Source: Patescibacteria group bacterium (GTDB lineage Bacteria > Patescibacteriota > Patescibacteriia > Patescibacteriales > UBA12465). Taken from it: a DNA stretch of 64,000 nucleotides. Shown piece after piece: positions 34,598-44,855 of this stretch. The number at the start of each line of letters is the position of its first letter. Positions within the stretch are counted from its first letter, which is position 1. The DNA lies in contig JBAZZR010000002.1 of the NCBI GenBank assembly GCA_041658665.1, positions 73,147-137,146 on the forward strand, given 5' to 3'. A program made the position numbers and the translations under genes. The notes below the pieces were generated by a model, which saw only the letters and a program-made list of their open reading frames with translations, did no database searches and was not told the origin of the DNA.

Positions 34598-35282
34598 ATT
34601 TGTTCTTAATAAATTCCACTAGAGCTAAATTATGGCTATAATCCATACGCATCGGGCCTAAAATACCAAATATACTATTTTGGTTATTGTGTTTATATTT
34701 AACCAACACGACGCTAAGAAAATTACCAAAAGGATTTTTTGACCCAATCATTATTTTCCCGCCGACTGGCAAATCTTCAAAAATATCGTCAATAATCTCC
34801 TCGAGCCGATCAATCACTCCAGAAACATCACACACGGCGTTGAGCTGTTTGAATTCCGGCTGAGAAAAAAGATTAGAAAGGCCCGTGTAGTATAAATCAT
34901 TCTTATGAAAGGCCCAAAATACCGCTGCATCCGATAATTCGGCGATAGCTCGAGCCGTTTGCCTAAAGGCATTCTCCTCTCGTTTAAATAATTGCTCCAA
35001 TAATTTAGTCTCCGTCTCTTTTAAAAATTTTTTCTTTTTTGACTCTTCAATATCTTCCAAAAAAAGTTCATAAGCTACTTCCGTGGGCACTCGGCCGGCC
35101 GAGGTATGCGGTTGATAGATAAAACCCTCCGTTTCCAGCTCCATCATTTCATGGCGGACAGTTGCTGGGGAAATGTCTAATTTATATTTCTCCACTAAAA
35201 TACCCGAAGATACCGGGGCAGCCGTTTTAACGTATTCTTTAATAATCGTATCCAATAAATATTTCTTACGTTCCGAAATCAT
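34590..35282 (-). CDS. hrcA: Heat-inducible repressor HrcA (short form)
   Basis: Winged-helix region ...PVSSG.L.EKY.LD.SPATVRHEMMELE..G...QPHTSAGRVPT. The track ORF starts at TTG 35321; ATG at 35282 (MISERKK) is the more likely start. Confidence 0.85.
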   Translation of the reverse strand: MISERKKYLLDTIIKEYVKTAAPVSSGILVEKYKLDISPATVRHEMMELETEGFIYQPHTSAGRVPTEVAYELFLEDIEESKKKKFLKETETKLLEQLFKREENAFRQTARAIAELSDAAVFWAFHKNDLYYTGLSNLFSQPEFKQLNAVCDVSGVIDRLEEIIDDIFEDLPVGGKIMIGSKNPFGNFLSVVLVKYKHNNQNSIFGILGPMRMDYSHNLALVEFIKNKFE

Positions 35283-35351
35283 ATTTTTACTGATAAATTT
35301 AATCCGATCGACTGAACACAATAAAAATCTGCCTAATTAGTCTCTAAACCC

Positions 35352-35380
35352 ATTATATAAAAAATTAGCACTCAAGTCAA
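35352..35380 (-). promoter_or_regulatory. Sigma-70-type promoter of the hrcA operon, overlapped by CIRCE
   Basis: On the minus strand: TTGACT-N17-TATAAT. The -35 hexamer lies in the CIRCE spacer. Confidence 0.7.
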
Positions 35381-35391
35381 GAGAGTGCTAA
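35365..35391. promoter_or_regulatory. CIRCE operator, perfect consensus
   Basis: TTAGCACTC-aagtcaaga-GAGTGCTAA. Confidence 0.92.
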
Positions 35392-35421
35392 TTAACGATT
35401 CTAAAACGTTATTTACCTGGC

Positions 35422-35919
35422 TTACAAACCTAAATCCTGACGATCTTTAATATACTCCTGATATTGTTCTGGACTTAGAAGAAGCGGCACAGAAAAGTTT
35501 AGTTGGGAACGATAAACCAGAGAATAATTACGAAAGGGATAATGATTAATAAAAGAATCGGAAACTAAATGAACAAAGATACCTAGAGCGAGAGCTAAAA
35601 TAAAAGTTAAAACGCTTTTCCAAGAGCGAAATAACCAGGCGACTAAAAATAAAATTGGCACATATTCCCAAGCATGAAACCAGGTATGAATCTGATCACT
35701 CACCAAAAATTCCCTCCCTTGAAAAAAATAAATTAAATTGAAAGTCGGACCAAATACCAAAAAATATTCTAAAAGATGATCAAGGTCGATAAAAAATCCC
35801 CCTAAAATTCCCCCGATTAAACCTAGCGTTATTTTATTAAAAAATCGACCGACCAGAAGACCAATAATGACGGCCAGAAAAAAATGAATAAATAAATGAA
35901 GGGGGAGGGGCAAAATCAT
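35422..35919 (-). CDS. Small polytopic membrane protein (His-rich; YdjM/DUF457-like possible)
   Basis: 165 aa, 4-5 TM helices, conserved-looking His residues (DLDHLLEY, HTWFHAWE, HLVSD). Confidence 0.4.
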   Translation of the reverse strand: MILPLPLHLFIHFFLAVIIGLLVGRFFNKITLGLIGGILGGFFIDLDHLLEYFLVFGPTFNLIYFFQGREFLVSDQIHTWFHAWEYVPILFLVAWLFRSWKSVLTFILALALGIFVHLVSDSFINHYPFRNYSLVYRSQLNFSVPLLLSPEQYQEYIKDRQDLGL

Positions 35920-35942
35920 AATTAAAAAAAAATAAATTTAAA

Positions 35943-38048
35943 TTAAGGCTGACCAGAATAATACCAATTTAAAATATCGTGAGCGATAGGCACGGCGATT
36001 GCACTACCTTCGACCCCCTCCTCGACTAAAACCGTAATCGCTAATTCAGGATGCTCATAGGGCGCAAAACCAATAAACCAAGCATGCGGCGCTTTCTTAG
36101 TCGACCATTGTGCTGTTCCTGTTTTCCCGGCGACCGCGACCGATAAATTATCCAGGGAACGAGCGCTACCTAAAGTAACTGTTTCTCGCATGCCTTCCCG
36201 GACTATCGCCAAATTTTGCGAAGCGACTAAATCCTGATTAATAATCACTGGCGGAATATCCTTAATAAGCTTATTATCTTCTCCTAAAATACTTTTAACT
36301 AAATGCGGTTTATATAAAGTACCGCCATTAGCAATCGCCACCGTATAGTTAGCCACTTGTATCGGCGTCACGATAACGTCTCCCTGACCAATAGCAAAAT
36401 GGTAAGTATCACCAATATACCAAGGTTCTTTTTTCGTCTTCTCTTTCCATTCTGCGGTTGGCACGAAACCCGCTCTTTCCCCCGGCAAATCCACTCCGGT
36501 TATAGTCCCTAAACCAAATAGCCGGGCATATTTTACTAAACCACTTAAACCTAAACCACGAAAATCTCCATAACCACCGCCAATATAGTAGAAAAAAGTA
36601 TTAACCGACCAAGCCAAAGCTTTCTTAACATCAGTCTGACCATGACCGCCGGCTTTCCAGTCGGGAAAAAACCATTCACCGATTCGTAAACCGCCACTAC
36701 TAAAAAAACCGGTGTTGGCGTTAATAATCCCTTCGGCCAAGGCTCCTGCGGCAAAAATTGGCTTAATAATAGAGCCCGAAGGAAATTCGCCACTCACCGC
36801 CCTATTAAATAAAGGACGATCGGAATCAGTTAAAAACTGGTTATACTCCTCCTGGCTAATCCCTTTAGCAAATAGATTATTATCATAGGCGGGTAAACTC
36901 AAGAGAGAGAGAATTTCTCCATTATTGGGGTTAATAATTATGACGGCCGCCCGATGTAAATTAGCTTTTTTTAAATAAGCTTGAGTGACTTCCTCAACTT
37001 TCTGCTGTAATTTGGAATCAATCGTGAGTTGTAAATTTGAACCGTCTACGGCCGCTGTTTCGCTGATAGTTTTCTTCTGACGACCAAGCGCGTCCACTTC
37101 AATCGCCTTTTGACCCGCAACGCCCTTCAATTCTTTTTCCCAAGAGTATTCCACTCCCATTTTACCAATATAATCAATAGGTGAATAATCAAACTTTGAT
37201 TCAGCCAGCTCGACCGGACTAATTTTCCCAGTATAACCTAAAACATGAGCTAAACTATTTTCTGACATAACGACTGGGCTAGAAGTACTCAGCGGCAATA
37301 AATATTCTCGTCGTATCTTGTTAGACAAAAAAACTCCCGGCCAATTAGGCAACTCCAGAGCTATTAACATGGCTTTTTCGTATTCAATATTATCCGCAGC
37401 AAAGAGTGGTTGATATGATTCTAAAGAACCGATTTTTACCGAAGACAGGGTCTCTTTCAATTTATAAAAAGTGGCATTATCAAAATCTATCTTTAACGAG
37501 CTAGAAGCGCCCTGAAGATCATTAGAAGAAATCTCTTGCGATTTTCCTTCGAGAACATAACTAATCTGACGTAAAATATAATCACGACGTAATTCGTCTT
37601 TTGGTAAATCTATCGGTTTAAAATATAAAACAAAATTAGCCTTATTGCGCACTAAAGGCTGAAAATCTCGAGTATAAATGATTCCCCGCTTAGGTTCGAC
37701 AATCTCTACGCGCGAACGGTTATGCTCCGACAATAAACTATAATAATCATTTTTAACAACTTGTAACCAGAAGGAGCGACCAACTAGAATAAATAATAAA
37801 GTAAGACCTAAAAAAATAAAATATTTTAACTGATTAAAATTAAAAGAATAACTAAGAATTTCTTTATGGCTGGCATCAGCTAAAAAAGCCCCCTCCGCCC
37901 AATCAGTATGATAAAAAGAATCCTTTAACCCGCCAAAACTAAAATGCCCACTTTGAATAGGAAATGGATTATCACCCTTCTCTTGCCAAGGCTTAGCATA
38001 AGAATTATTATGGTTGTTTTTGAAAAATTTTCCCAACATATTATTCAT
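35943..38048 (-). CDS. mrdA: Penicillin-binding protein 2 (class B transpeptidase)
   Basis: N-terminal TM helix, SxxK (SGSIIKP), KTGTAQ, and dimerisation-domain length. Confidence 0.85.
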   Translation of the reverse strand: MNNMLGKFFKNNHNNSYAKPWQEKGDNPFPIQSGHFSFGGLKDSFYHTDWAEGAFLADASHKEILSYSFNFNQLKYFIFLGLTLLFILVGRSFWLQVVKNDYYSLLSEHNRSRVEIVEPKRGIIYTRDFQPLVRNKANFVLYFKPIDLPKDELRRDYILRQISYVLEGKSQEISSNDLQGASSSLKIDFDNATFYKLKETLSSVKIGSLESYQPLFAADNIEYEKAMLIALELPNWPGVFLSNKIRREYLLPLSTSSPVVMSENSLAHVLGYTGKISPVELAESKFDYSPIDYIGKMGVEYSWEKELKGVAGQKAIEVDALGRQKKTISETAAVDGSNLQLTIDSKLQQKVEEVTQAYLKKANLHRAAVIIINPNNGEILSLLSLPAYDNNLFAKGISQEEYNQFLTDSDRPLFNRAVSGEFPSGSIIKPIFAAGALAEGIINANTGFFSSGGLRIGEWFFPDWKAGGHGQTDVKKALAWSVNTFFYYIGGGYGDFRGLGLSGLVKYARLFGLGTITGVDLPGERAGFVPTAEWKEKTKKEPWYIGDTYHFAIGQGDVIVTPIQVANYTVAIANGGTLYKPHLVKSILGEDNKLIKDIPPVIINQDLVASQNLAIVREGMRETVTLGSARSLDNLSVAVAGKTGTAQWSTKKAPHAWFIGFAPYEHPELAITVLVEEGVEGSAIAVPIAHDILNWYYSGQP

Positions 38049-38203
38049 ATCTTAACTCTAATTAAGCCGAAAAACAAGGGAATCTTTATTTTTTATTTAT
38101 TAAAAATTTAAATCTTATTTATTAACCATTTTATATAATAAACAAGAATAAAGCCTTGTCTGGAGTTTTAATCTCCGCTAAAATAAAAATATAAACTAAA
38201 AAT

Positions 38204-38875
38204 ATGCGCTTACTATTAACCGAAGATGATAGTAATATTATCAGACCTCTTAAACTCGCTCTAAAACAGGCCGGCTATGTCGTCGATGTTGCTAAAGACG
38301 GTGAGCGTGGTTATTTCTTAGCCGCCACTAACGACTACGATTTAATTATCTTAGATTATAATCTTCCGAAATTAAACGGCCGAGAAATAATTAATAAACT
38401 CCGCGCCGAAAAAATAAGCGCACCAATTTTAGTCTTAACTGTGCATTCCGAACTAGCCGACAAAACCGATTTACTAAATTTAGGCGCTGATGACTATCTA
38501 ACTAAGCCCTTTGCCTTATCTGAACTCTTAGCCAGAGTAAAAGCGATACTACGCCGACCGAAGGAGTGGCAGTCGCCAATCTTAACCCTCAATAATTTAG
38601 AACTTGATCCCGATAAATTCTTAGTACTAAAAGGTGGCGAGCGAATAATCCTCTCCACTAAAGAATTCTCTTTGTTAGAATACCTACTAAAAAATAAAGG
38701 TAAAATTATGACTCGCCAAGAAATAATGGAACATGTCTGGGACGAAAATGCCGATCCCTTTTCTAATACCATCGAAGTCCATATTAGAAATCTAAGAAAA
38801 AAACTAGAAACCGAAAAACAAAAATTTATTTTTACTGTTTCTAACCGCGGTTATAAAATAGACACCCAAAAATAA
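38204..38875 (+). CDS. OmpR-family response regulator
   Basis: Receiver domain (LLTEDD...DLIILDYNLP...KPF) plus a winged-helix C-terminus (LSTKEFSLLEYL....G...TR..I...VW...........I.VHI..LRKK). Confidence 0.9.
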   Translation: MRLLLTEDDSNIIRPLKLALKQAGYVVDVAKDGERGYFLAATNDYDLIILDYNLPKLNGREIINKLRAEKISAPILVLTVHSELADKTDLLNLGADDYLTKPFALSELLARVKAILRRPKEWQSPILTLNNLELDPDKFLVLKGGERIILSTKEFSLLEYLLKNKGKIMTRQEIMEHVWDENADPFSNTIEVHIRNLRKKLETEKQKFIFTVSNRGYKIDTQK

Positions 38876-39081
38876 CCATGGCGATTTTTTAAATTTAATT
38901 AAAAAATAATTTAAAAAAAATTTAAATTTCATTTATTTCGACCTTGCTAAACTAATCGGTAGCAATAAATTGACAATTAGTAGTCTCGTACGATTAATCA
39001 AGCGGCTAATAAACAAAATTGTCGATTCCCGGTCGATATTGCTTTATACACAAACGTTCCAACCCTTAAATACCTTATCTT

Positions 39082-39192
39082 ATGAACAAAAAATCAAAAA
39101 TAATTTCTCCACTCCATAAATTAAAAACAAATGCCGTGTTAGCGATGCTTTTAGCGGCCGCGCTTAACCCTGGTACCCCCTGGCGCAACTAA
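39082..39192 (+). CDS. Candidate 36-aa peptide gene (or the 3' part of a small RNA) between RR and HK
   Basis: My translation: MNKKSKIISPLHKLKTNAVLAMLLAAALNPGTPWRN. A possible TTGACA-N17-ATTAAT promoter lies at 38970-38998. A very strong terminator follows immediately. Confidence 0.3.
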   Translation: MNKKSKIISPLHKLKTNAVLAMLLAAALNPGTPWRN

Positions 39193-39197
39193 CTGAC

Positions 39198-39235
39198 AAG
39201 CGCTTTCGGATTAAAATCCGAAAGCGCTTTTATTT
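39198..39235 (+). terminator. Strong rho-independent terminator ending 3 nt before the HK start codon
   Basis: AAGCGCTTTCGGAT-taaa-ATCCGAAAGCGCTT followed by TTATTT. Confidence 0.75.
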
Positions 39236-39238
39236 AAT

Positions 39239-40681
39239 ATGAACTTAAAAAATAATATGGACTTAAAACAAAAATGGCAAAACCTAATTTCTTCAAACAA
39301 TAGCGACGATGACCAAAACCGACGAGAAAAAATTCTTAACCTCCTCTTGGTTTATTCGATAATCGCCTTTACTATAATCAACCTAGTTAGAATTAGCGAT
39401 TATTTTATTTATACCGAAGAAACCGGGCTACCCTTATGGACCACTTTATTAATTTTAAGTTTTTTCATTATTCTTCTCTGGCTTTCTAAACAAAATTATG
39501 GAAAACTAGCCTCTAGTTTACTAATTATAACCTACGCTCTGCCAATGTTCTATTCTTTTAGCGTTTGGGGCACAGACTTACCGGCCGGGCTTCTCTTAGC
39601 CGTCCTTATAATAACCCTCTCCGGTGTTTTATTAAGCGCTCGTTTGGCTCTAATAAGCACTAGTCTAATTTCTATTTTTTTAATTTTAATGACTAACTGG
39701 CAAGCTAAAGGCTACTTATCTATTCAAAATTACTGGCGTTATCAAAAAACTGAAATCGCTGATGCCATCGTCTACTCCGCCCTACTAATGATTATCGCGA
39801 TTATTGCCTGGCTTTTTGCTCGAGGTATTAAACAGGCCTTAGCTAGAGCGCGACAGAGCGAAGCAGAATTAAAGAAAGAGCGGGATTCGTTAGAAATAAA
39901 GGTGGCTGAAAGAACGGCAAAATTGCGTCAAATTGAAGCCGAAAAAATAAATCAACTATATCGTTTGGCAGAATTTGGACGCTTATCTTCAGGAATTTTC
40001 CATGATTTAATTAATCCTCTAACTGCCATTTCTCTTAACTTAGAACAAGTCCGCGGCCAGGCAGAAAATACTGTACTAAATGCTAAGTCTTATTTAAATC
40101 AGGCTCTTTTAGCGACTCATCGCATGGAAAATTTAATTAGCGGCATTAAAAAACAAATCCAAAAAGAAAGCAATCTCGGCGTCTTCTTAATTAATGAAGA
40201 GATTGAACAAATCATTCAAATACTCGCTTATAAGGCTAGACAAACGAAAGTCTTAATTAGTTTTTCCGCGACTACTCAGATAAAACTCTATGGCGACGCG
40301 GTAAAATTTGGACAGATTATTACTAATTTACTGGCTAATGCTATTGAAGCCAGCGAGGTTATAAATAATGAGATTAATAGTCAAAAAAACATTAACGATC
40401 TAAGAGAAGTAAAAATCGACTTATCTACTCAAAATAGCCAAGCGAAAATAATGATCAGCGACCGCGGAGTCGGCATCGCCCCAGAAAATATTACTAAAAT
40501 CTTCGAACCCTTTTTCAGCACTAAAAAAGAAAATGGCCGCGGTCTAGGCCTCGGCCTCGCTTCCACTAAAAATATTACTGAAAAAGATTTTCACGGCACT
40601 ATCACCGTTGCCAGCCAACCGGGCGAAGGCTGTTCGTTTATAGTTCTACTGCCTATTAATATAGTCGATCATGAAAAATAA
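39239..40681 (+). CDS. Sensor histidine kinase (multi-TM sensor, HisKA, HATPase_c)
   Basis: About 5 TM helices, a coiled coil, H-box FHDLINPLTAI, N box LANAIEA, and G boxes DRGVGI and GRGLGLGL. Confidence 0.85.
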   Translation: MNLKNNMDLKQKWQNLISSNNSDDDQNRREKILNLLLVYSIIAFTIINLVRISDYFIYTEETGLPLWTTLLILSFFIILLWLSKQNYGKLASSLLIITYALPMFYSFSVWGTDLPAGLLLAVLIITLSGVLLSARLALISTSLISIFLILMTNWQAKGYLSIQNYWRYQKTEIADAIVYSALLMIIAIIAWLFARGIKQALARARQSEAELKKERDSLEIKVAERTAKLRQIEAEKINQLYRLAEFGRLSSGIFHDLINPLTAISLNLEQVRGQAENTVLNAKSYLNQALLATHRMENLISGIKKQIQKESNLGVFLINEEIEQIIQILAYKARQTKVLISFSATTQIKLYGDAVKFGQIITNLLANAIEASEVINNEINSQKNINDLREVKIDLSTQNSQAKIMISDRGVGIAPENITKIFEPFFSTKKENGRGLGLGLASTKNITEKDFHGTITVASQPGEGCSFIVLLPINIVDHEK

Positions 40682-41507
40682 AAAAATATATTTCTGGCCA
40701 AACTGGTTTTACCAGGCTTTATCGCCTCGCCCAGTTAAAATCGAACCACGAATAATTAACCGCCTCGGTCTAGCTAATCTTTACCTCTGGCGGGCCTTAA
40801 ATATTTACGACGATTTCTTAGACGGCCACGGCCAACCTGCTAAGCTACCCCTCGCTAACCGCTATTACCGAGAATTTTTAGAAATATATTACCGACTAGA
40901 TTTAAGCGATAATTTTTATAAGATATTTAAATTTATTCTAGCCGACTTAGACCGAGCCAACCGCCAAGAAATTTCCGCGCGGCGTCTACTCATTAAAAAT
41001 AATAAAATACTCCTTCCCGAAGCATTACCCGAACCAACTAATCCTCTAAAGTTATCTCGAAAATCCCTCGCTCTTGGACTAGGACCCATAGCCATAATCA
41101 GTCAAATACCTGACAAAAATAAAGAAGCGAAAATTAATTTAACTATTAATCTCTTTCGCCATATTTTAGCCGCCAAACAGTTAGCTGACGATGCTCGCGA
41201 TTGGCTAGACGACTTAAAGGCCGGACAAATAACTCTGGCGAATCTACCGATTTTAAGCCAAGCGAAAAAAAGAAACTTAACTTTAGACTTTAAAAATCAG
41301 CCCGAGTTATTTTATTTACTTTTTGCTCGCTACAGCTCCCCAAAAATCTGCGTTCAATTAGAAAAACTAATCAAAACCACTAAAAATATTTCTCGGTCTC
41401 TAGGCTTGAAAGCCAATAACCAACTATTAACAGAAATCATCAAACCAATAGAAATTGGCTTAAAAGAAGTCCGGCGTTTCCGCAGTAAATTATCGCGCTT
41501 AGTCTAA
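40671..41507 (+). CDS. Class I isoprenoid (polyprenyl) synthase-like protein
   Basis: Two Asp-rich motifs at canonical spacing: IYDDFLDG (residues ~46-52) and LADDARDWLDDLKAGQITL (~170-188; compare FQ..DD..D......GK.T). It overlaps the HK gene by 11 nt. Confidence 0.5.
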   Translation: MKNKKIYFWPNWFYQALSPRPVKIEPRIINRLGLANLYLWRALNIYDDFLDGHGQPAKLPLANRYYREFLEIYYRLDLSDNFYKIFKFILADLDRANRQEISARRLLIKNNKILLPEALPEPTNPLKLSRKSLALGLGPIAIISQIPDKNKEAKINLTINLFRHILAAKQLADDARDWLDDLKAGQITLANLPILSQAKKRNLTLDFKNQPELFYLLFARYSSPKICVQLEKLIKTTKNISRSLGLKANNQLLTEIIKPIEIGLKEVRRFRSKLSRLV

Positions 41508-41508
41508 A

Positions 41509-43533
41509 CTAATCGATTTTTCCTTGTCGGCGGAATTCCGCTAATTGTTTAAGATAATATAAAGCTGATTCATTATGATGATCCAGCTCTAGGGCCGAGC
41601 GCCAGTTGGCCTCGGCTTTTTGATAAAGACCTAAACGCCAATTGACTAAACCCATCTCGTTATAAATACCCGGCAAGTTATCACCCGCGTCTACTGCCCG
41701 CCGAAAATACTCCAGGGCCAGTTTAAGATTAATTGGATCCTGAGAACTAGCGTATAAAGAGGCTAAAGAGGACAAGGCGGGCCGATTACTGGGATAGCGA
41801 AAAATAATTTGTCGATAGACTTCTTCTGCTAAGTTACTTCGATTAGCGGCTCGCGCTAAAGAGGCTAAGTTTAATAAACCGTGCAAATCGGAATTAATTT
41901 CTAACTCACGCCAGCGCTCTTTGAATAACCAAATATCAATAGCATATTTTTTCAAGAAAGCTGAATCGGTTAGCTTCTTATTGACCAAGATGACCGTATA
42001 GCGGTCGAAATAAACTAAAATCCAATCCGGCGTATTTAAAAGGTAACGTAAAAAATTTTGTGCCCAGGGCGTCGAATCAGTATAGGCGAAGTAAACCGTT
42101 TTGATTTTATACTTAGTACTATACTCCTGCCACTTAGCCGGATCACTTTGCATCGGTTTATAAATATCAGAAAAAAATTTCTGGCTATAGGCTTCTGGCC
42201 GGTTATCAACAAAAATCTTTTCTTGAGGATAAAGATTAAAAGCCAAATAACTACCCAGATCATAATTATTAAAAATCGGACCGCTTAACTTACTAGCCTT
42301 AAAAAACTCCGCCGATTCCAGCGCTCCCTGGTTTAAACCCCAACCTAAGGATTGCCGAATAAAATTATCTTGTCTAGCCGCCGTCTGCCACAGATAAACA
42401 AAACTGCTAAATATTAAAAAAATTAAACCACCGGCAAAAATCAAACGTAATCGCCCTGATTCGTCAAATGACAATTGAAGCCGTTCTTGCAAGCAAAAAA
42501 TAATCGCTGATAAATTGTCACTAATTAGAACCAAAAAAACTAAGCCGGAAATAGCTAAATTGCGAACGGCTAGTAAAGAAAAAAATACAAAAAATATGGT
42601 AATTAATAAATTAAATAACGGTAGCTTGCGTAATAATAAAAAATAAAACAACCAGCTAATAATTAAGACGCCGAGTAAAATTTTAAAAAAAGAAAAATTA
42701 TAATTAACCATTAGCTGCTCTAAAAACCAGATAGTCTTGTTTTCGACAATTTCATAACCGGAATTATGCAAAATAGTAAAAGGATAGAATAAAGCTTTGA
42801 TATGGCTCGGATTAATTAAACAAGCTAAAATAGCCGCCCCTAAAATTTTCAGCCAAATTTTGGCGGCCGCGTATCCGGCCTTTAGGCTTTTCAACCAGTC
42901 AAATTCCGGCGACCGAAAATTAGAAAAAAATGGCGGTAAAAATTCCGCTAAAAATTTAAAACCGAGTAAGGCTAAACCGATAAAAAAATAAATATGGGTA
43001 TTGACCCAAAAAACAAAAATCGGCAGTAGCCATAATAGCCGCCGATAGTTTTTACTTACCGCTACTCTATCAATAATGAGCCAAACTAGTATGATTAGTA
43101 AATAACTGATAATTTCTGGCCGAATTTCGACCCGCTCGCTTAGTAAAAATATCGTCGGAATTGATAATAACGCTATTAAATAAAAATTAGCCTGGCGGCG
43201 CGCGAGACGAAAGGCTAAAATAAAAGCCGCACTAACTAGAATAATATTGAAAACTGATAATAATTTAAAACCACCGGTCAAATAAATTAAATAAAAAATT
43301 ACTCCCGCCAACCAATGATGGTTAAGAAAAGGGAAATTCGGCTCAGTATAAGAATAAAAATTAGTAAACAAAACTCGCGCGTCAGACCAAACGATTCGTC
43401 CATTAGCTAAGTGACGACCCAAATCAACCACCGTTAATTGAATCTGCTGAGAAAAAATTAAAACAATTAGGGCTACCAGGCCGATAAAAATAAAAATTTT
43501 TAACAATTTTTCAATTTTTCTTCCTTCCCACAT
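41509..43533 (-). CDS. Polytopic membrane protein with C-terminal TPR repeats (GT-C/O-antigen-polymerase-like architecture)
   Basis: 674 aa, more than 10 TM helices, and a C-terminal TPR-like region (AEEVYRQII...ALEYFRRAVD...AEANWRSALELD). Confidence 0.45.
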   Translation of the reverse strand: MWEGRKIEKLLKIFIFIGLVALIVLIFSQQIQLTVVDLGRHLANGRIVWSDARVLFTNFYSYTEPNFPFLNHHWLAGVIFYLIYLTGGFKLLSVFNIILVSAAFILAFRLARRQANFYLIALLSIPTIFLLSERVEIRPEIISYLLIILVWLIIDRVAVSKNYRRLLWLLPIFVFWVNTHIYFFIGLALLGFKFLAEFLPPFFSNFRSPEFDWLKSLKAGYAAAKIWLKILGAAILACLINPSHIKALFYPFTILHNSGYEIVENKTIWFLEQLMVNYNFSFFKILLGVLIISWLFYFLLLRKLPLFNLLITIFFVFFSLLAVRNLAISGLVFLVLISDNLSAIIFCLQERLQLSFDESGRLRLIFAGGLIFLIFSSFVYLWQTAARQDNFIRQSLGWGLNQGALESAEFFKASKLSGPIFNNYDLGSYLAFNLYPQEKIFVDNRPEAYSQKFFSDIYKPMQSDPAKWQEYSTKYKIKTVYFAYTDSTPWAQNFLRYLLNTPDWILVYFDRYTVILVNKKLTDSAFLKKYAIDIWLFKERWRELEINSDLHGLLNLASLARAANRSNLAEEVYRQIIFRYPSNRPALSSLASLYASSQDPINLKLALEYFRRAVDAGDNLPGIYNEMGLVNWRLGLYQKAEANWRSALELDHHNESALYYLKQLAEFRRQGKID

Positions 43534-43574
43534 ATTAATAAATAATTCTCAGGGATAATTATAAGTTCTCCGAT

Positions 43575-44072
43575 CTATCCAACTTTGGCATACAGCCAGA
43601 CGTCTTTCATCTCTCCTTTTTTATCTTTAATATACTTTCTCAGCCGCCCTTCTTTAATATAGCCGTTTTTTAGAGCGACTTTTTCGCTCGCTTTGTTGGC
43701 CGGTTGCATCATGATCTCTATGCGCCGCAAACCGAGCTTTTTAAGACCTTCTTCTTCAATTAATTTGACCGCCTGAGAAGCAATCCCGCGCCCCCAATAC
43801 TTTTCATCGATAAAATAACCAATTTCTCCGATATATTTACGAAACTGATTAATTTTAAAGCCAATCCCGCCAACGACCCTTTTTTTATAAAGGATAGTGT
43901 AGTTCCACTCCTGATTATTTTTTCTTTTTTCAGCATTCTTTTTCAACCATCTCTTTTCCTCGGCTAAAGATTTAACAGATACATCAAAATAAATAAATTT
44001 CGGATTACTCAAAATTTCCAAAAAACGCTGAGCATCTTTAATTTGCTGATACCTTATTTCTATGTTTGGCAT
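43575..44072 (-). CDS. GNAT N-acetyltransferase (RimJ/RimL-like)
   Basis: IGEIGYFIDEKYWGRGIAS.AV, the acetyl-CoA-binding motif. Confidence 0.8.
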   Translation of the reverse strand: MPNIEIRYQQIKDAQRFLEILSNPKFIYFDVSVKSLAEEKRWLKKNAEKRKNNQEWNYTILYKKRVVGGIGFKINQFRKYIGEIGYFIDEKYWGRGIASQAVKLIEEEGLKKLGLRRIEIMMQPANKASEKVALKNGYIKEGRLRKYIKDKKGEMKDVWLYAKVG

Positions 44073-44207
44073 AAATTAAAATTATTTAAAACCTTATATT
44101 TACTCTAAAATCATCCCATTTTATTAAAAAAAAGTCAAAAAAATAAAACCCTGCCAATTTTTGAAATAACTGATAGGGTTTAGAGAAAATTCTCTTTAAG
44201 TTTTATT

Positions 44208-44855
44208 TTAAACTGACCAAGGTCGGCTGTAAAAAATCCAACAACCGGCGTCTAGTCCGCGCGGGTCATCGACTGCGGTTTCACATAATCGCCAACCTTT
44301 AGGATGTGAAGTCACATTGACTCTGCATAATGTTCCATTAACATTTATCAAATAGAAAACATTAGTCGAACCATCAATAGCTAATTGACCTTCTTCACCA
44401 TTAGGTTGGAGTATTAACATGGCCGAAAGCTCTCGATTAGTGACCGCTACTTTTTTAGGCCCGCCTAATTCTTGCAAAATTGTATCGTCGGAAGAATCTT
44501 TGCATAATCGACGGCCCTCTATGATACTGCCGGGGAAAGGTCCCTCAATAATACTGCCAAAATGATATCGAAATGAATGGCTCATATAAGAGATTTTAAT
44601 GGCCGCATTTTCCTCAGTATTAACCTTAAATATTTTGTCAGAATAAAATTTTCCATTAACAGCCGCTAAAGTCATCCCCCTTTCAACCGGGCTTAATACG
44701 GTTATGTGGTTTTTCACGGCTTCTATAAATAAACTGATAGCTTCCTTGGGGTGTTGAATAATCCATGTTCTGCCATTTGTATATAAATTGGCAAATTCAT
44801 CCTGAAATTCAGCCAAACGGTTGATTATTCTTGCGATCCATATTTCCGTTGTCAT
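44208..44855 (-). CDS. Hypothetical protein
   Basis: 215-aa ORF containing the internal duplication GSIIEGPFPGSIIEG. No family recognised. Confidence 0.45.
   Translation of the reverse strand: MTTEIWIARIINRLAEFQDEFANLYTNGRTWIIQHPKEAISLFIEAVKNHITVLSPVERGMTLAAVNGKFYSDKIFKVNTEENAAIKISYMSHSFRYHFGSIIEGPFPGSIIEGRRLCKDSSDDTILQELGGPKKVAVTNRELSAMLILQPNGEEGQLAIDGSTNVFYLINVNGTLCRVNVTSHPKGWRLCETAVDDPRGLDAGCWIFYSRPWSV

Noticed and set aside
43548-43572. Box-like CAGGGATAATTATAAGTTCTCC after the GNAT gene at 43575
   Set aside because: Similarity to the cassette box is limited to GGGA and TATAAGTT. It is too weak to count without statistics.
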